From the NCBI GenBank assembly GCA_963768655.1, contig CAVYIM010000009.1:96001-160000 (forward strand): a stretch of DNA of 64,000 nucleotides, read 5' to 3'. A model generated the notes under the pieces. It made no database searches, was not told where the DNA came from, and was given only the letters and a program-made list of their open reading frames with translations. This DNA comes from an uncultured Chloroflexia bacterium (lineage in GTDB: Bacteria > Chloroflexota > Limnocylindria > Limnocylindrales > CSP1-4). Below are positions 18,418 through 27,564 of the stretch, one piece after another (the first letter of the stretch is position 1; each line of letters opens with the position of its first letter). Made by a program: the position numbers and the translations under genes.

Positions 18418-21198
18418 ATGCGAGACACCCATCTCCGCCCCAGCCCGAGCGCCCCGCCGGCGACACCGCCGGCCGGCAAACCCGCCCTGCCCGCCCCGCC
18501 CGCGATGCCCGCCAGCAGGCTCCCGGCGAATCCGCCGATAGTCGCGCCGGGACCCCTGCCGGCCCTGCCTGCCGCCCCGTCCGTGAAGGGCCTGCGGCCC
18601 GCCGCCAACGAGGGACCGGTGTGGAATCGCAGGGCCGGACGCCCCGACAGCCGCCCGGACGCAATGGCGCCGCGCGACACGGTTACGCCACTCGACGACT
18701 CGCCTGCCGAGCGTCTGCTCACGACCCAGGCTCCGCAGCGGCCGCTGTCGACGTCCACAATCAAGCTCACGATCGACGACCGCGAGGTCACCGGGACCGA
18801 GGGGCAAACGATCCTCGAGGTCTGCCGGGCCAACGGCACCGACGTCCCCACGCTCTGCTACGAGCCCAAGCTGCCCGGCTTCGGCGCCTGCCGGATGTGC
18901 GTCGTCGAGGTCGACGGCGACGATCATCCGACGATCTCGTGCGCCCGCGAAGCGGCGGCCGGCATGGTCGTCCGAACCCAGACCGACGAGGTTCGCCGGC
19001 TGCGCCGGACCAACCTGGAGCTGATCTTCAGCGACCACAACGCCTATTGCCTGCCGCCCTGCCAGAACAAGTGCCCGAGCCACATCGACATCCCGGGCTT
19101 CCTGAAGGCCAATGCCGAGGGCAAGTTCCGCGAGTCGGCGCGCATCTTCAAGCGCACCATCCCGTTCCCTTCGATCCTGGGCCGCGTCTGCCCGGCTCCG
19201 TGCGAGGAGCACTGCCGCCGCGACGAGGTGGACGAGGCCATCGCCATCCGGGATAGCCATCGCTACGCCGGCGACATCGTGCTGGCCGCGCAGAAGGACG
19301 GCATCGAACCGCCTCTGCCGTTCGAGACACAGCCCCGGACCGGCAAGCGCGTCGCGATCGTCGGCTCCGGACCGGCCGGCATGGCGGCGGCCTACTACCT
19401 GCAGCTCTCCGGCCACGACACGACCGTCTTCGAGCGCGACCCCGAGCCCGGTGGAATGCTCCGCTACGGCATCCCGGAGTACCGCCTGCCCAAGAAGGAC
19501 GTTCTCGAGCCCGAGTACGAGGCGGTCTGGCGCCTCGGCGCGAAGCTGGAGGTCAACCAGGCCCTGGGTCGCGACTTCAGCCTGGACGACCTGCGCGCGC
19601 GGGGCTTCGACGCCACGATCGTCGCCACCGGCTGCTACGACACCAACAAGCTCGGCGTCGAGAACGAGAACGCAGTCGGGGTCATCGACGGCCTGGAGTA
19701 CCTCAAGATCGCCACTCTGGGCCTGCCGTATCCGGGCCACGCCGGCAGCCGCGTCGTCGTCATCGGCGGCGGCTTCACCGCCATGGACTGCATGCGCACC
19801 TCCGTCCGCCAGGGCGCGAAGGAGGTCACCCTCGTCTACCGCCGTGACATGAAAGACATGCCGGCCGCCAGCGAGGTCCACGAGGGGCTCGAGGAAGGGG
19901 CTCGAGCCATCTTCCAGGCCGGCCCGACGAGGGTCATCGTCAACGCCAAGAATCGCGTCACCGGCGTCGAGTTCATCCGCATGCGCCCCGGCGCGCCGGA
20001 CGCCTCCGGCCGCCGCCGCCCCGAGCCCGCGCCCGGGACCGAGTTCGTGATCAAGTGCGACCGCGTCCTGCTCGCCATCGGCCAGGGGCCCGATTTGTCG
20101 TGGATAGGGCCCGGCAACGAAGGCATCGAGGCGGCCCGGTACAGGCTCAAGGCCGACGCGGTCACGTTCGAGACGGGCCGGCCCGGCGTGTTCGGCACCG
20201 GCGACGTGCGCATCGGGGCCGCGACCGTGGTCCAGGCCATCGCCGAGGGACGGCGCTGCGCCTACGCCGTGGACGCGTTCTTGCGCGGCACGGACCTCTC
20301 CGAGCTGCGCTCACGCGAGACCCTCGCCGAGCCCGAGCTCAAGTTCCTCTCGATCACGCCCTACACCGACGAGCCCAAGGAACCCCGTCACCGTCTGGCG
20401 GCAATGCCGGCGGAGGAGCGCAACAAGAGCTACGTCGAGTACGAGATCCCCTATACCCAGACCGAGGTCATGGCCGAGTCGAGCCGCTGCCTGCAGTGCA
20501 CCTGCGAGGCCATCGGCTACTGCGACCTGCGCAACCTGGGCCTGGAGTACGGGACCACGCTCGAAACGCTGGAGCCTCGGCACAACGAAGGCGCCGGCTA
20601 TCGCAGCGTGACGGAGAACCGCTTCACCGGCGCCAACCACGACTACATCCGCGACGACAGCCACGCCTTCATCCTGCGCGAGCCGTCGCGCTGCATCGAC
20701 TGCGGCCGCTGCGCCGCGGTCTGCGCCGACGTCGTCGGCGCCGCCTGCTACGACTTCATGCGCATCGGCTTCGACACGCTCGTGACGACGCCGCTCGACA
20801 TGAGCCTCAACGACACGCCGTGCGTCTCCTGCGGTCGCTGCGCCGAGACGTGCCCTACCGGCGCGCTCATGCTCAAGCCGCGCGTCTTGGAGAAGTACGA
20901 CGTCGACGAGAGCCGCTGCATCCTGTGCGGCATCTGCGTGGATGCCTGCCCGTACGACGCGCTGCGCGGCGGGCCCGACAACGAGCTGGCCCACACCGAC
21001 CGGTCCGGGCCGATGATCGACCTGATCGGCCTGGCCGCCATGGCCGGCGAAACCGAAGTGACCTACATCCAGCGCGAACGAGACTGGCTCGCCCACGCCG
21101 TGGCCGACGGTCGACTCGCGAACCCCGGGGCGGAGCTGCCGGCGCTGCCGCCCGCGCTCGCCACTCCCGGCGACGGAAATGGAGCCGAGCGCCAGTGA
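18418..21198 (+). CDS. Multidomain oxidoreductase: NuoG-type Fe-S domains with inserted GltD/NfnB-like FAD/NAD(P)H domain and C-terminal NuoI-like half
   Basis: PTLCY..GACRMCVV..SC (2Fe-2S); PPCQNKCP/CPAPCEEHC; GSGPAG; GGMLRYGIPEYRLP; GGGFTAMD..YRR; RCLQCTC..YCDL; CIDCGRCAAVC; CVSCGRCAETCP; KYDVDESRCILCGICVDACPYDAL. Confidence 0.88.
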   Translation: MRDTHLRPSPSAPPATPPAGKPALPAPPAMPASRLPANPPIVAPGPLPALPAAPSVKGLRPAANEGPVWNRRAGRPDSRPDAMAPRDTVTPLDDSPAERLLTTQAPQRPLSTSTIKLTIDDREVTGTEGQTILEVCRANGTDVPTLCYEPKLPGFGACRMCVVEVDGDDHPTISCAREAAAGMVVRTQTDEVRRLRRTNLELIFSDHNAYCLPPCQNKCPSHIDIPGFLKANAEGKFRESARIFKRTIPFPSILGRVCPAPCEEHCRRDEVDEAIAIRDSHRYAGDIVLAAQKDGIEPPLPFETQPRTGKRVAIVGSGPAGMAAAYYLQLSGHDTTVFERDPEPGGMLRYGIPEYRLPKKDVLEPEYEAVWRLGAKLEVNQALGRDFSLDDLRARGFDATIVATGCYDTNKLGVENENAVGVIDGLEYLKIATLGLPYPGHAGSRVVVIGGGFTAMDCMRTSVRQGAKEVTLVYRRDMKDMPAASEVHEGLEEGARAIFQAGPTRVIVNAKNRVTGVEFIRMRPGAPDASGRRRPEPAPGTEFVIKCDRVLLAIGQGPDLSWIGPGNEGIEAARYRLKADAVTFETGRPGVFGTGDVRIGAATVVQAIAEGRRCAYAVDAFLRGTDLSELRSRETLAEPELKFLSITPYTDEPKEPRHRLAAMPAEERNKSYVEYEIPYTQTEVMAESSRCLQCTCEAIGYCDLRNLGLEYGTTLETLEPRHNEGAGYRSVTENRFTGANHDYIRDDSHAFILREPSRCIDCGRCAAVCADVVGAACYDFMRIGFDTLVTTPLDMSLNDTPCVSCGRCAETCPTGALMLKPRVLEKYDVDESRCILCGICVDACPYDALRGGPDNELAHTDRSGPMIDLIGLAAMAGETEVTYIQRERDWLAHAVADGRLANPGAELPALPPALATPGDGNGAERQ

Positions 21199-21223
21199 TG
21201 CATCATGAGGAGGGCAGGCAGGC

Positions 21224-21772
21224 ATGCCGATAGGTCAGACTCTCCCGTTCACGGCGGTCCGCTGGGACGACGTCCTCTTCGTCGTGCTGGCGATCATGCT
21301 CCTCGGCTCGGCCCTGCTGGTCGTGACCATGCGCGACATCATTCGCTGCGGTCTGGCGATGATCGCCTCGTTCGCCTCGCTGGCCGGCATCTACGTCCTG
21401 CTGGGCAATCCCCTCATCGCGGCCACCCAGGTCCTGGTCTACATCGGCGCGATCAGCATCCTGGTCCTGTTCGCGATCATGCTGACCGAGACCAAGAACG
21501 CCCCCACCCGGCTGGTCTTCCAGACCCAGGCCTGGGTCGGAGCCGCCGCCGCGGTGGTGATCGGCGCCATCATCTCCGGCACGGTCCTGACGACCACGTG
21601 GCCGTCCGGCGGTGCCGTGGTCTGGACCGCCACGTCGGACATCGCCACGATGCTCTTCGGCCAGTACGTTCTGCCGTTCGAGGCCGTGAGCGTGTTGCTC
21701 ACCGCCGCCGTCGTGGGTGGCGTGCTGCTGGCCAGACGCGAGCCGAACGCCGGCAAGGAGGATCGGTCGTGA
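21224..21772 (+). CDS. nuoJ: NADH-quinone oxidoreductase subunit J
   Basis: QVLVYIGAISILVLFAIML, YVLPFEAVSVLL. Confidence 0.95.
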   Translation: MPIGQTLPFTAVRWDDVLFVVLAIMLLGSALLVVTMRDIIRCGLAMIASFASLAGIYVLLGNPLIAATQVLVYIGAISILVLFAIMLTETKNAPTRLVFQTQAWVGAAAAVVIGAIISGTVLTTTWPSGGAVVWTATSDIATMLFGQYVLPFEAVSVLLTAAVVGGVLLARREPNAGKEDRS

Positions 21773-22080
21773 GCAATTCTCTCGACTCCTACCTGGTCCT
21801 GTCGGGCCTGCTCTTCGCCATCGGCACCTTCGGCTTCCTGGCCCGCCGCAACGCGATCAGCATGCTGATGTCCATCGAGCTGATGCTCAACGCGGTCAAC
21901 CTCACGATCATCGCCTTCGGGGCCTTCGAGAAGGGGCTCCACGTCCAGGCCTCGGTCATAGCCTTGATCGTCATCGCCGTGGCGGCGGCCGAAGCGACGG
22001 TCGGCCTGGCGATCGTCATCGCGATCTACCGGAACAAGAAGACGCCGCTCGTCGACGAGTACGACTCCATGAGCCAGTGA
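21769..22080 (+). CDS. nuoK: NADH-quinone oxidoreductase subunit K
   Basis: RRNAISMLMSIELMLNAVNL, AAAEATVGLAI; GTG overlaps nuoJ stop. Confidence 0.95.
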   Translation: MSNSLDSYLVLSGLLFAIGTFGFLARRNAISMLMSIELMLNAVNLTIIAFGAFEKGLHVQASVIALIVIAVAAAEATVGLAIVIAIYRNKKTPLVDEYDSMSQ

Positions 22081-22087
22081 GCCCACG

Positions 22088-24055
22088 ATGACCGCGCTCC
22101 TCCCGCTCATCCCGATCATGCCGCTCGGCGGATTCGTACTGACCGGCCTGCTCGGCCGCCGCTACCCCGAGGACGCCCACCGCATCGCCGTCTGGGCCGT
22201 CGTGGCGTCGTGGGTCGTGGCCTCGATCGTGGCCGTCATGGCCCTGCTGCATGCCTCTCCGTTCGGGACGGCGGGCGCCGGCATCACGCTCTGGACCTGG
22301 ATCCCGGCCTACGTCCCGGGCGGCTTCAACGCCAGCATGGGTCTCTTCGTCGACCCCCTGACCGCCTGCCTGCTCATCGTGGTCACGACGATCGGCATGC
22401 TGGTGCACATCTACTCGATCGGCTACATGGCCCATGACCCTGGTCGGTGGCGCTTCTTCGCCTACCTGAACCTGTTCATGTTCTCGATGCTGATGCTGGT
22501 CCTGGCCGACAACTTCCTGCTCGTCTTCGCCGGCTGGGAGCTGGTGGGCCTGTGCAGCTACCTCTTGATCGGCTTCTGGTACCCGCGCCGGTCCGCCGCC
22601 GTTGCGGCCAAGAAGGCCTTCCTGGTCAACCGCGTCGGCGACATGGGCTTCGCGCTGGGGATCATGGCCATCTGGACCCAGCTCGGCACGCTCAACATGC
22701 AGGCCGTCTTCGCCAGGTTCGGCAGCGTCCCCCACGACTGGCAGATCGCGATCGCGCTGCTCATCTTCTGCGGCGCCGTGGGCAAGAGCGCCCAGTTCCC
22801 GCTCCACGTCTGGCTGCCGGACGCGATGGAGGGCCCCACTCCGGTCTCGGCCCTGATCCATGCCGCGACGATGGTCAACGCCGGCGTCTACCTCGTCGCC
22901 CGCTGCAACCCGATCTTCGGCGCAGCCCCCGAGGTCATGGTCGTCGTCGCCGCGATCGGCATCTTCACCGCTATCCTGGCCGCCTCGATCGCCTTCACCC
23001 AGACCGACATCAAGCGCGTCCTGGCCTACTCGACGCTTTCCCAGCTCGGCTACATGTTCGCCTCCCTGGGCGTCGGGGCGTGGACTGCGGCGATCTTCCA
23101 CCTCATGAGCCACGGCTTCTTCAAGGGCCTCCTCTTCCTGGACTCGGGCTCCGTGATCCACTCCGTCGGCGGCGAGCAGGACATGCGCAAGATGGGCGGC
23201 CTGGCCCGCAAGATCCCGATCACCTACGCCACGATGCTCGTCGGCGCGGTGGCGATCTCCGGCGTTCCGCCCCTGGCCGGCTTCTTCTCGAAGGACGAGA
23301 TCCTGGGCGGGGCATTCAAGAGCGGCTTCCTGTGGGTCTGGGCCATCGGCTTCGTGGTCGCCGGCATGACCGCCTTCTACATGTTCCGGCTGATGGGCAT
23401 GACTTTCTGGGGCCCGAGCCACGTCGATCCCGAGGTCGAGCACCACGTCCACGAGTCGCCCCGGTCGATGACCGGGCCGCTCGTCGTGCTCGCCATTCCG
23501 GCCGCGCTGCTCGGCCTGGCGATCGGCTTCCCGCCGGAGACGGGCCTGCTCCACCAGTGGCTCGCGCCGGTCTTCGAGGGCACGATCGCCGCCAGCGGCC
23601 ACACGGAGGCCGCCTACAACTTCTTCGGCATCGACGGCGCGCTGGCGATCGGGACGACGGCCCTGGTCGCCGTGGCGATCGTGCTGGCGTGGCGGCTCTT
23701 CGGCGTCGAGATCCCGGCCCTGGGCCTGCGGGCCCAGCCCCGTCCCGAGCGCGTGCGCGAGATCAGCACCCGGCGCGGCCTGTCGCTCCTCTACAAAGGC
23801 TCGTTCAACAAGTGGTGGTTCGACGACCTCAACAACAAGCTCTTCGTGGAGTGGGGCGGCAAACTCGCCGCCGCCGCCTTCTGGTTCGACCGCACGATCG
23901 TCGACGGCACCGTCAACGGCATCGGCGCCGTCACCACCGCCGCCGGTCGGGGACTGCGCCGCGTCCAGACGGGCCGGGTCCAGAACTACGCGCTCGGCAT
24001 CGCCCTCGGCCTGATCGTCATGGCCGCCGGCTATCTATACCTCGCGGTCAGGTAG
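22088..24055 (+). CDS. nuoL: NADH-quinone oxidoreductase subunit L
   Basis: GKSAQFPLHVWLPDAMEGPTPVSALIHAATMV, HGFFKG, QTGRVQNY. Confidence 0.97.
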   Translation: MTALLPLIPIMPLGGFVLTGLLGRRYPEDAHRIAVWAVVASWVVASIVAVMALLHASPFGTAGAGITLWTWIPAYVPGGFNASMGLFVDPLTACLLIVVTTIGMLVHIYSIGYMAHDPGRWRFFAYLNLFMFSMLMLVLADNFLLVFAGWELVGLCSYLLIGFWYPRRSAAVAAKKAFLVNRVGDMGFALGIMAIWTQLGTLNMQAVFARFGSVPHDWQIAIALLIFCGAVGKSAQFPLHVWLPDAMEGPTPVSALIHAATMVNAGVYLVARCNPIFGAAPEVMVVVAAIGIFTAILAASIAFTQTDIKRVLAYSTLSQLGYMFASLGVGAWTAAIFHLMSHGFFKGLLFLDSGSVIHSVGGEQDMRKMGGLARKIPITYATMLVGAVAISGVPPLAGFFSKDEILGGAFKSGFLWVWAIGFVVAGMTAFYMFRLMGMTFWGPSHVDPEVEHHVHESPRSMTGPLVVLAIPAALLGLAIGFPPETGLLHQWLAPVFEGTIAASGHTEAAYNFFGIDGALAIGTTALVAVAIVLAWRLFGVEIPALGLRAQPRPERVREISTRRGLSLLYKGSFNKWWFDDLNNKLFVEWGGKLAAAAFWFDRTIVDGTVNGIGAVTTAAGRGLRRVQTGRVQNYALGIALGLIVMAAGYLYLAVR

Positions 24056-24065
24056 GAGGGGAACG

Positions 24066-25589
24066 ATGTCCGGCCTGCCGCTCCTGAGCCTGATCACCTT
24101 CCTGCCGCTCCTTGGAGCGGTGATCATCGCGGTCCTGCCCTCGCGGAACCTCGATCTCATCCGACGCGTGGCCCTCGGGACGTCGCTGCTGGCCTGGGTC
24201 CTGTCGCTGCTCCTGCTCGGCATCTTCGTCCGAGGCCAAGACGGCTTCCAGTTCAAGGAAGCTGCCGACTGGATCCCGAGCTTCGGCATCCAGTACAAGC
24301 TGGGCGTCGACGGCCTGAGCGTGCTGATGGTCGTCCTGACGACGACGCTCAGCTGGATCAGCATCCTGGCCAGCTTCGGGCCGATCAAGTTCCGGGTGAA
24401 GGAGTACATGATCTCCTTCCTGGTTCTCGAGGTCGGCATGATCGGGGTCTTCGTCGCCCTGGACCTCTTCCTCTTCTACATCTTCTGGGAGATCGTCCTG
24501 GTCCCGATGTACTTGATCATCGGCATCTGGGGCGGCGCGAACCGCATCTACGCCACGATGAAGTTCGTTCTGTACACGCTCGTCGGGTCGCTGCTGATGC
24601 TCGTCGCGATCCTGGCCACGGCCTTCACCTACCAGGCCGCGACCGGGTCCTGGGCCGGCGCATTCGACTACGAGAAGCTGCAGGCGTTCGCCGCCGCGGG
24701 CTCCTTCGGCCAGAACTTCCAGCTGCTGGCCTTCCTGGCGCTGTTCCTCGCCTTCGCCATCAAGGTCCCGATGTTCCCGTTCCACACCTGGCTGCCCGAC
24801 GCCCACACCGAGGCCCCGACCGCGGGCTCGGTCATCCTGGCGGGCGTCCTCCTCAAGCTCGGCGCGTACGGCCTGATCCGCTTCGCCGTGCCTCTCTACC
24901 CGTACGCGGCCCACACGTTCGCCTGGCCGATCATCGTCCTGAGCGTGATCGCGATCGTGTACGGCGCGATCGTCTCGATCGTCCAGCCGGACCTCAAGCG
25001 CCTGATCGCCTACAGCTCGGTCAGCCACATGGGCTTCGTGACGCTGGGCATCTTCGTCTTCACGGCCACCGCCCTCCAGGGCGCGATCCTGCAGATGATC
25101 AACCACGGCCTGATCACGGGCGGGCTCTTCCTCCTGGTCGGTGTCGTCTACGAGCGCACCCACGACCGATCCATCGCCAAGATGGGCGGCCTGGCGGCCA
25201 CGATGCCGCTGTGGTCGACGGTCTTCGGCTTCTTCATCCTGGCCTCGGCCGGGCTGCCGGGGCTGTCCGGCTTCGTCGGTGAGTTCCTGGTCTTCGTGGG
25301 GTCCTTCACCTACGCGCCCGGAATCGTCGTCGCCTCGATCATCGTCATGGTCCTGGTGGCCACGTACTTGCTGTGGATGTTCCAGCGCGTCGCCTTCGGC
25401 GCCGTGTCCGATTTCCTGGCCGGCCTGGGCGACCATCTGACGGACATGAGCCGGGTCGAGTTCGCCACTCTCGCCCCGCTGGCCGCCCTGATCGTCGTGT
25501 TCGGGCTCTTCCCGAGCCTGATCCTCGACTTCCTGAACGGTCCGGTCCAGCACTTCCTCCTGGCCGCTGGCACAGCGGTCGGCGGCTGA
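24066..25589 (+). CDS. nuoM: NADH-quinone oxidoreductase subunit M
   Basis: AIKVPMFPFHTWLPDAHTEAPT, KRLIAYSSVSHMG, GLPGLSGFVGE. Confidence 0.97.
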   Translation: MSGLPLLSLITFLPLLGAVIIAVLPSRNLDLIRRVALGTSLLAWVLSLLLLGIFVRGQDGFQFKEAADWIPSFGIQYKLGVDGLSVLMVVLTTTLSWISILASFGPIKFRVKEYMISFLVLEVGMIGVFVALDLFLFYIFWEIVLVPMYLIIGIWGGANRIYATMKFVLYTLVGSLLMLVAILATAFTYQAATGSWAGAFDYEKLQAFAAAGSFGQNFQLLAFLALFLAFAIKVPMFPFHTWLPDAHTEAPTAGSVILAGVLLKLGAYGLIRFAVPLYPYAAHTFAWPIIVLSVIAIVYGAIVSIVQPDLKRLIAYSSVSHMGFVTLGIFVFTATALQGAILQMINHGLITGGLFLLVGVVYERTHDRSIAKMGGLAATMPLWSTVFGFFILASAGLPGLSGFVGEFLVFVGSFTYAPGIVVASIIVMVLVATYLLWMFQRVAFGAVSDFLAGLGDHLTDMSRVEFATLAPLAALIVVFGLFPSLILDFLNGPVQHFLLAAGTAVGG

Positions 25590-25601
25590 GAGGAGAACGA
25601 G

Positions 25602-27062
25602 ATGAACTGGTCAGACCTGGGCTCCCTGGCGCCGGTCATCTGGGCCGTCCTCACGGCGGCGGCGGTCCTGCTCGTGGACTTCATCGCGCCCGGGCGGCGC
25701 GGCCCGGCCATCGCCGTGGCGCTCGCCGGGCTGGCCGTGGCGGCGGCCGTGGTCCTGTCGCTCGCCGGCCACACCGAGACCGCCTTCGGGGGCGCGTACG
25801 TCGTGGACGGCCTGACGGCATTCCTCGACATCCTGTTCGTGGCCATCGCGGCCCTGACGATCCTCTTCGCCAACGACTACCTGGAGCCGCGCGGCCTGCC
25901 GATTGCCGAGTTCGCTGCCGTCCTGGTCTTCGCCATCACCGGGGCGATGCTGATCGCCGGCTCCGCCGACCTGCTCCTCCTCTTCGTTGCCCTGGAGCTG
26001 ATGGTCCTGCCCGGCTACCTGCTCGCCGGCTACGCTCGGAACGACCCCTACTCGACCGAGGGCGCGATCAAATACTTCCTCCTCGGCTCCTTCTCGAGCG
26101 CGATCCTGCTCTTCGGCCTGGCCTACGTGTGGGGCATCACGGGCAGCACACGAGTGGACGTCGTGGCCGCGGCCCTGGCCCAGGCTGCGGCGACCGGCTC
26201 GATCGCCCCCGGCCTGGCCATGGGTCTGGCCTTCATGACGGCGGGCGTGGCCTTCAAGATGGCCGCGGTGCCGTTCCACTACTGGACTCCGGACGCGTAT
26301 CAAGGCTCGCCGACGCCCGTCACGGCGTACCTGTCCGTCGGTCCGAAGATAGGCGCCTTCGCCATCGCCCTGCGGCTGTTCGTGGCCGCCCTGGGCCCGC
26401 TCAAGGCCGACTGGCTGCCGATCGTGATCATCCTGGCTGCCCTGACGATGACGCTGGGCAACCTGGTGGCGATCACCCAGGACAACGTCAAGCGGATGCT
26501 GGCGTACTCCTCGATCGCCCATACCGGCTACATCCTGGTCGGGCTGGCGGCCTACGCCGGCGGCCAGCACAGCGGCATCTCGGCGATCCTCTTCTACGGC
26601 GCCGCCTACACCTTCATGAACATGGGCGCGTTCGCCGTGGTCACGGCCCTGCAGCGCCGGCCAGGAGTGACGAGCCAGATCTCCACGTTCGCCGGCCTGG
26701 GGCGGCGCGATCCGTGGCTGGGGGCGCTGATGGCCCTGTTCCTGCTGTCGCTGACGGGCATCCCGCCGCTCGCCGGCTTCTGGGCCAAGGCCTACGTAAT
26801 CGTCGCGGCGGTCCAGGCCGGCGGCTGGCTGACGGCGCTGGCGGTGCTGGCGATGCTCAACGCGGCCGCGGCGGCGTTCTACTACCTGCGCGTGGTCGTG
26901 TACATGTACATGCGCGAGCCCGCCGAGGATGCCGCGCCGCTGTCGCCGGGGCTGCTCTTCCGAGTCGGTCTGGCCGTGACCGGCATCGCCACGCTCGTCT
27001 TCGGGCTCTTCCCGGCGATCCTGACCGCCGCCAGCAGCGCCGCCGACGTGCTGAAGGGCTAG
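25602..27062 (+). CDS. nuoN: NADH-quinone oxidoreductase subunit N
   Basis: FKMAAVPFHYWTPDAYQGSPTP, KRMLAYSSIAHTG, GIPPLAGFWAK. Confidence 0.97.
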   Translation: MNWSDLGSLAPVIWAVLTAAAVLLVDFIAPGRRGPAIAVALAGLAVAAAVVLSLAGHTETAFGGAYVVDGLTAFLDILFVAIAALTILFANDYLEPRGLPIAEFAAVLVFAITGAMLIAGSADLLLLFVALELMVLPGYLLAGYARNDPYSTEGAIKYFLLGSFSSAILLFGLAYVWGITGSTRVDVVAAALAQAAATGSIAPGLAMGLAFMTAGVAFKMAAVPFHYWTPDAYQGSPTPVTAYLSVGPKIGAFAIALRLFVAALGPLKADWLPIVIILAALTMTLGNLVAITQDNVKRMLAYSSIAHTGYILVGLAAYAGGQHSGISAILFYGAAYTFMNMGAFAVVTALQRRPGVTSQISTFAGLGRRDPWLGALMALFLLSLTGIPPLAGFWAKAYVIVAAVQAGGWLTALAVLAMLNAAAAAFYYLRVVVYMYMREPAEDAAPLSPGLLFRVGLAVTGIATLVFGLFPAILTAASSAADVLKG

Positions 27063-27066
27063 CCTG

Positions 27067-27546
27067 CTAGCCCTGGCTCGGGCTCGAAGCCGGCGCCGCG
27101 GCCGAGGGCGAATCCGAAGCCGGCGCCGCGGCCGAGGACGCCCCCGAGGACGAAGCCGAGCCGCCTTCTGCCTTCTCCGCCGCCTCGTCCGCCAGAGCGT
27201 GGGCCACCGTGTCGAGCGAGAGCAGGGCGCACTTGAGGCGAGCCGGGCTGATTTCGATCCCGATCAGGTCCAGCAGGTCGTCGGGCGTCATGGCCTCGAC
27301 TTCTTCGACGGTCTTGCCCTTGATCTCGTCGGTCAGCAGCGAGGCACTGGCCTGGCTGATGGCGCAGCCACGGCCGGTGAAGGCCACGTCGCGCACGATC
27401 CCGTCCGAGATTCCGAGGAACATCGTGATCCGGTCGCCGCAGAGCGGGTTGGAGCCTTCATAGCTCGCCGTGGGTGTCTCGAGGACGCCGAAGTTGTGGG
27501 GATGCCGGTAGTGTTCGAGGATGTAGTCGCGGTACAGGTCGTCCAT
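27067..27546 (-). CDS. sufU: SufU/IscU-type Fe-S scaffold/sulfur transfer protein
   Basis: LYRDYILEHYRHPHN, NPLCGD, GCAISQASAS, RLKCALL. Confidence 0.92.
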   Translation of the reverse strand: MDDLYRDYILEHYRHPHNFGVLETPTASYEGSNPLCGDRITMFLGISDGIVRDVAFTGRGCAISQASASLLTDEIKGKTVEEVEAMTPDDLLDLIGIEISPARLKCALLSLDTVAHALADEAAEKAEGGSASSSGASSAAAPASDSPSAAAPASSPSQG

Positions 27547-27564
27547 CGGAGTCGAGGATAGGCC

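Noticed and set aside
13551-21198. Membrane-bound hydrogenase or formate dehydrogenase interpretation of the operon
   Set aside because: NuoD lacks NiFe CxxC motifs and keeps the quinone-site His/Tyr; the large subunit has no H-cluster or molybdopterin domain.
22088-27062. 2M-type complex I (duplicated nuoM)
   Set aside because: Only one nuoM lies between nuoL and nuoN.
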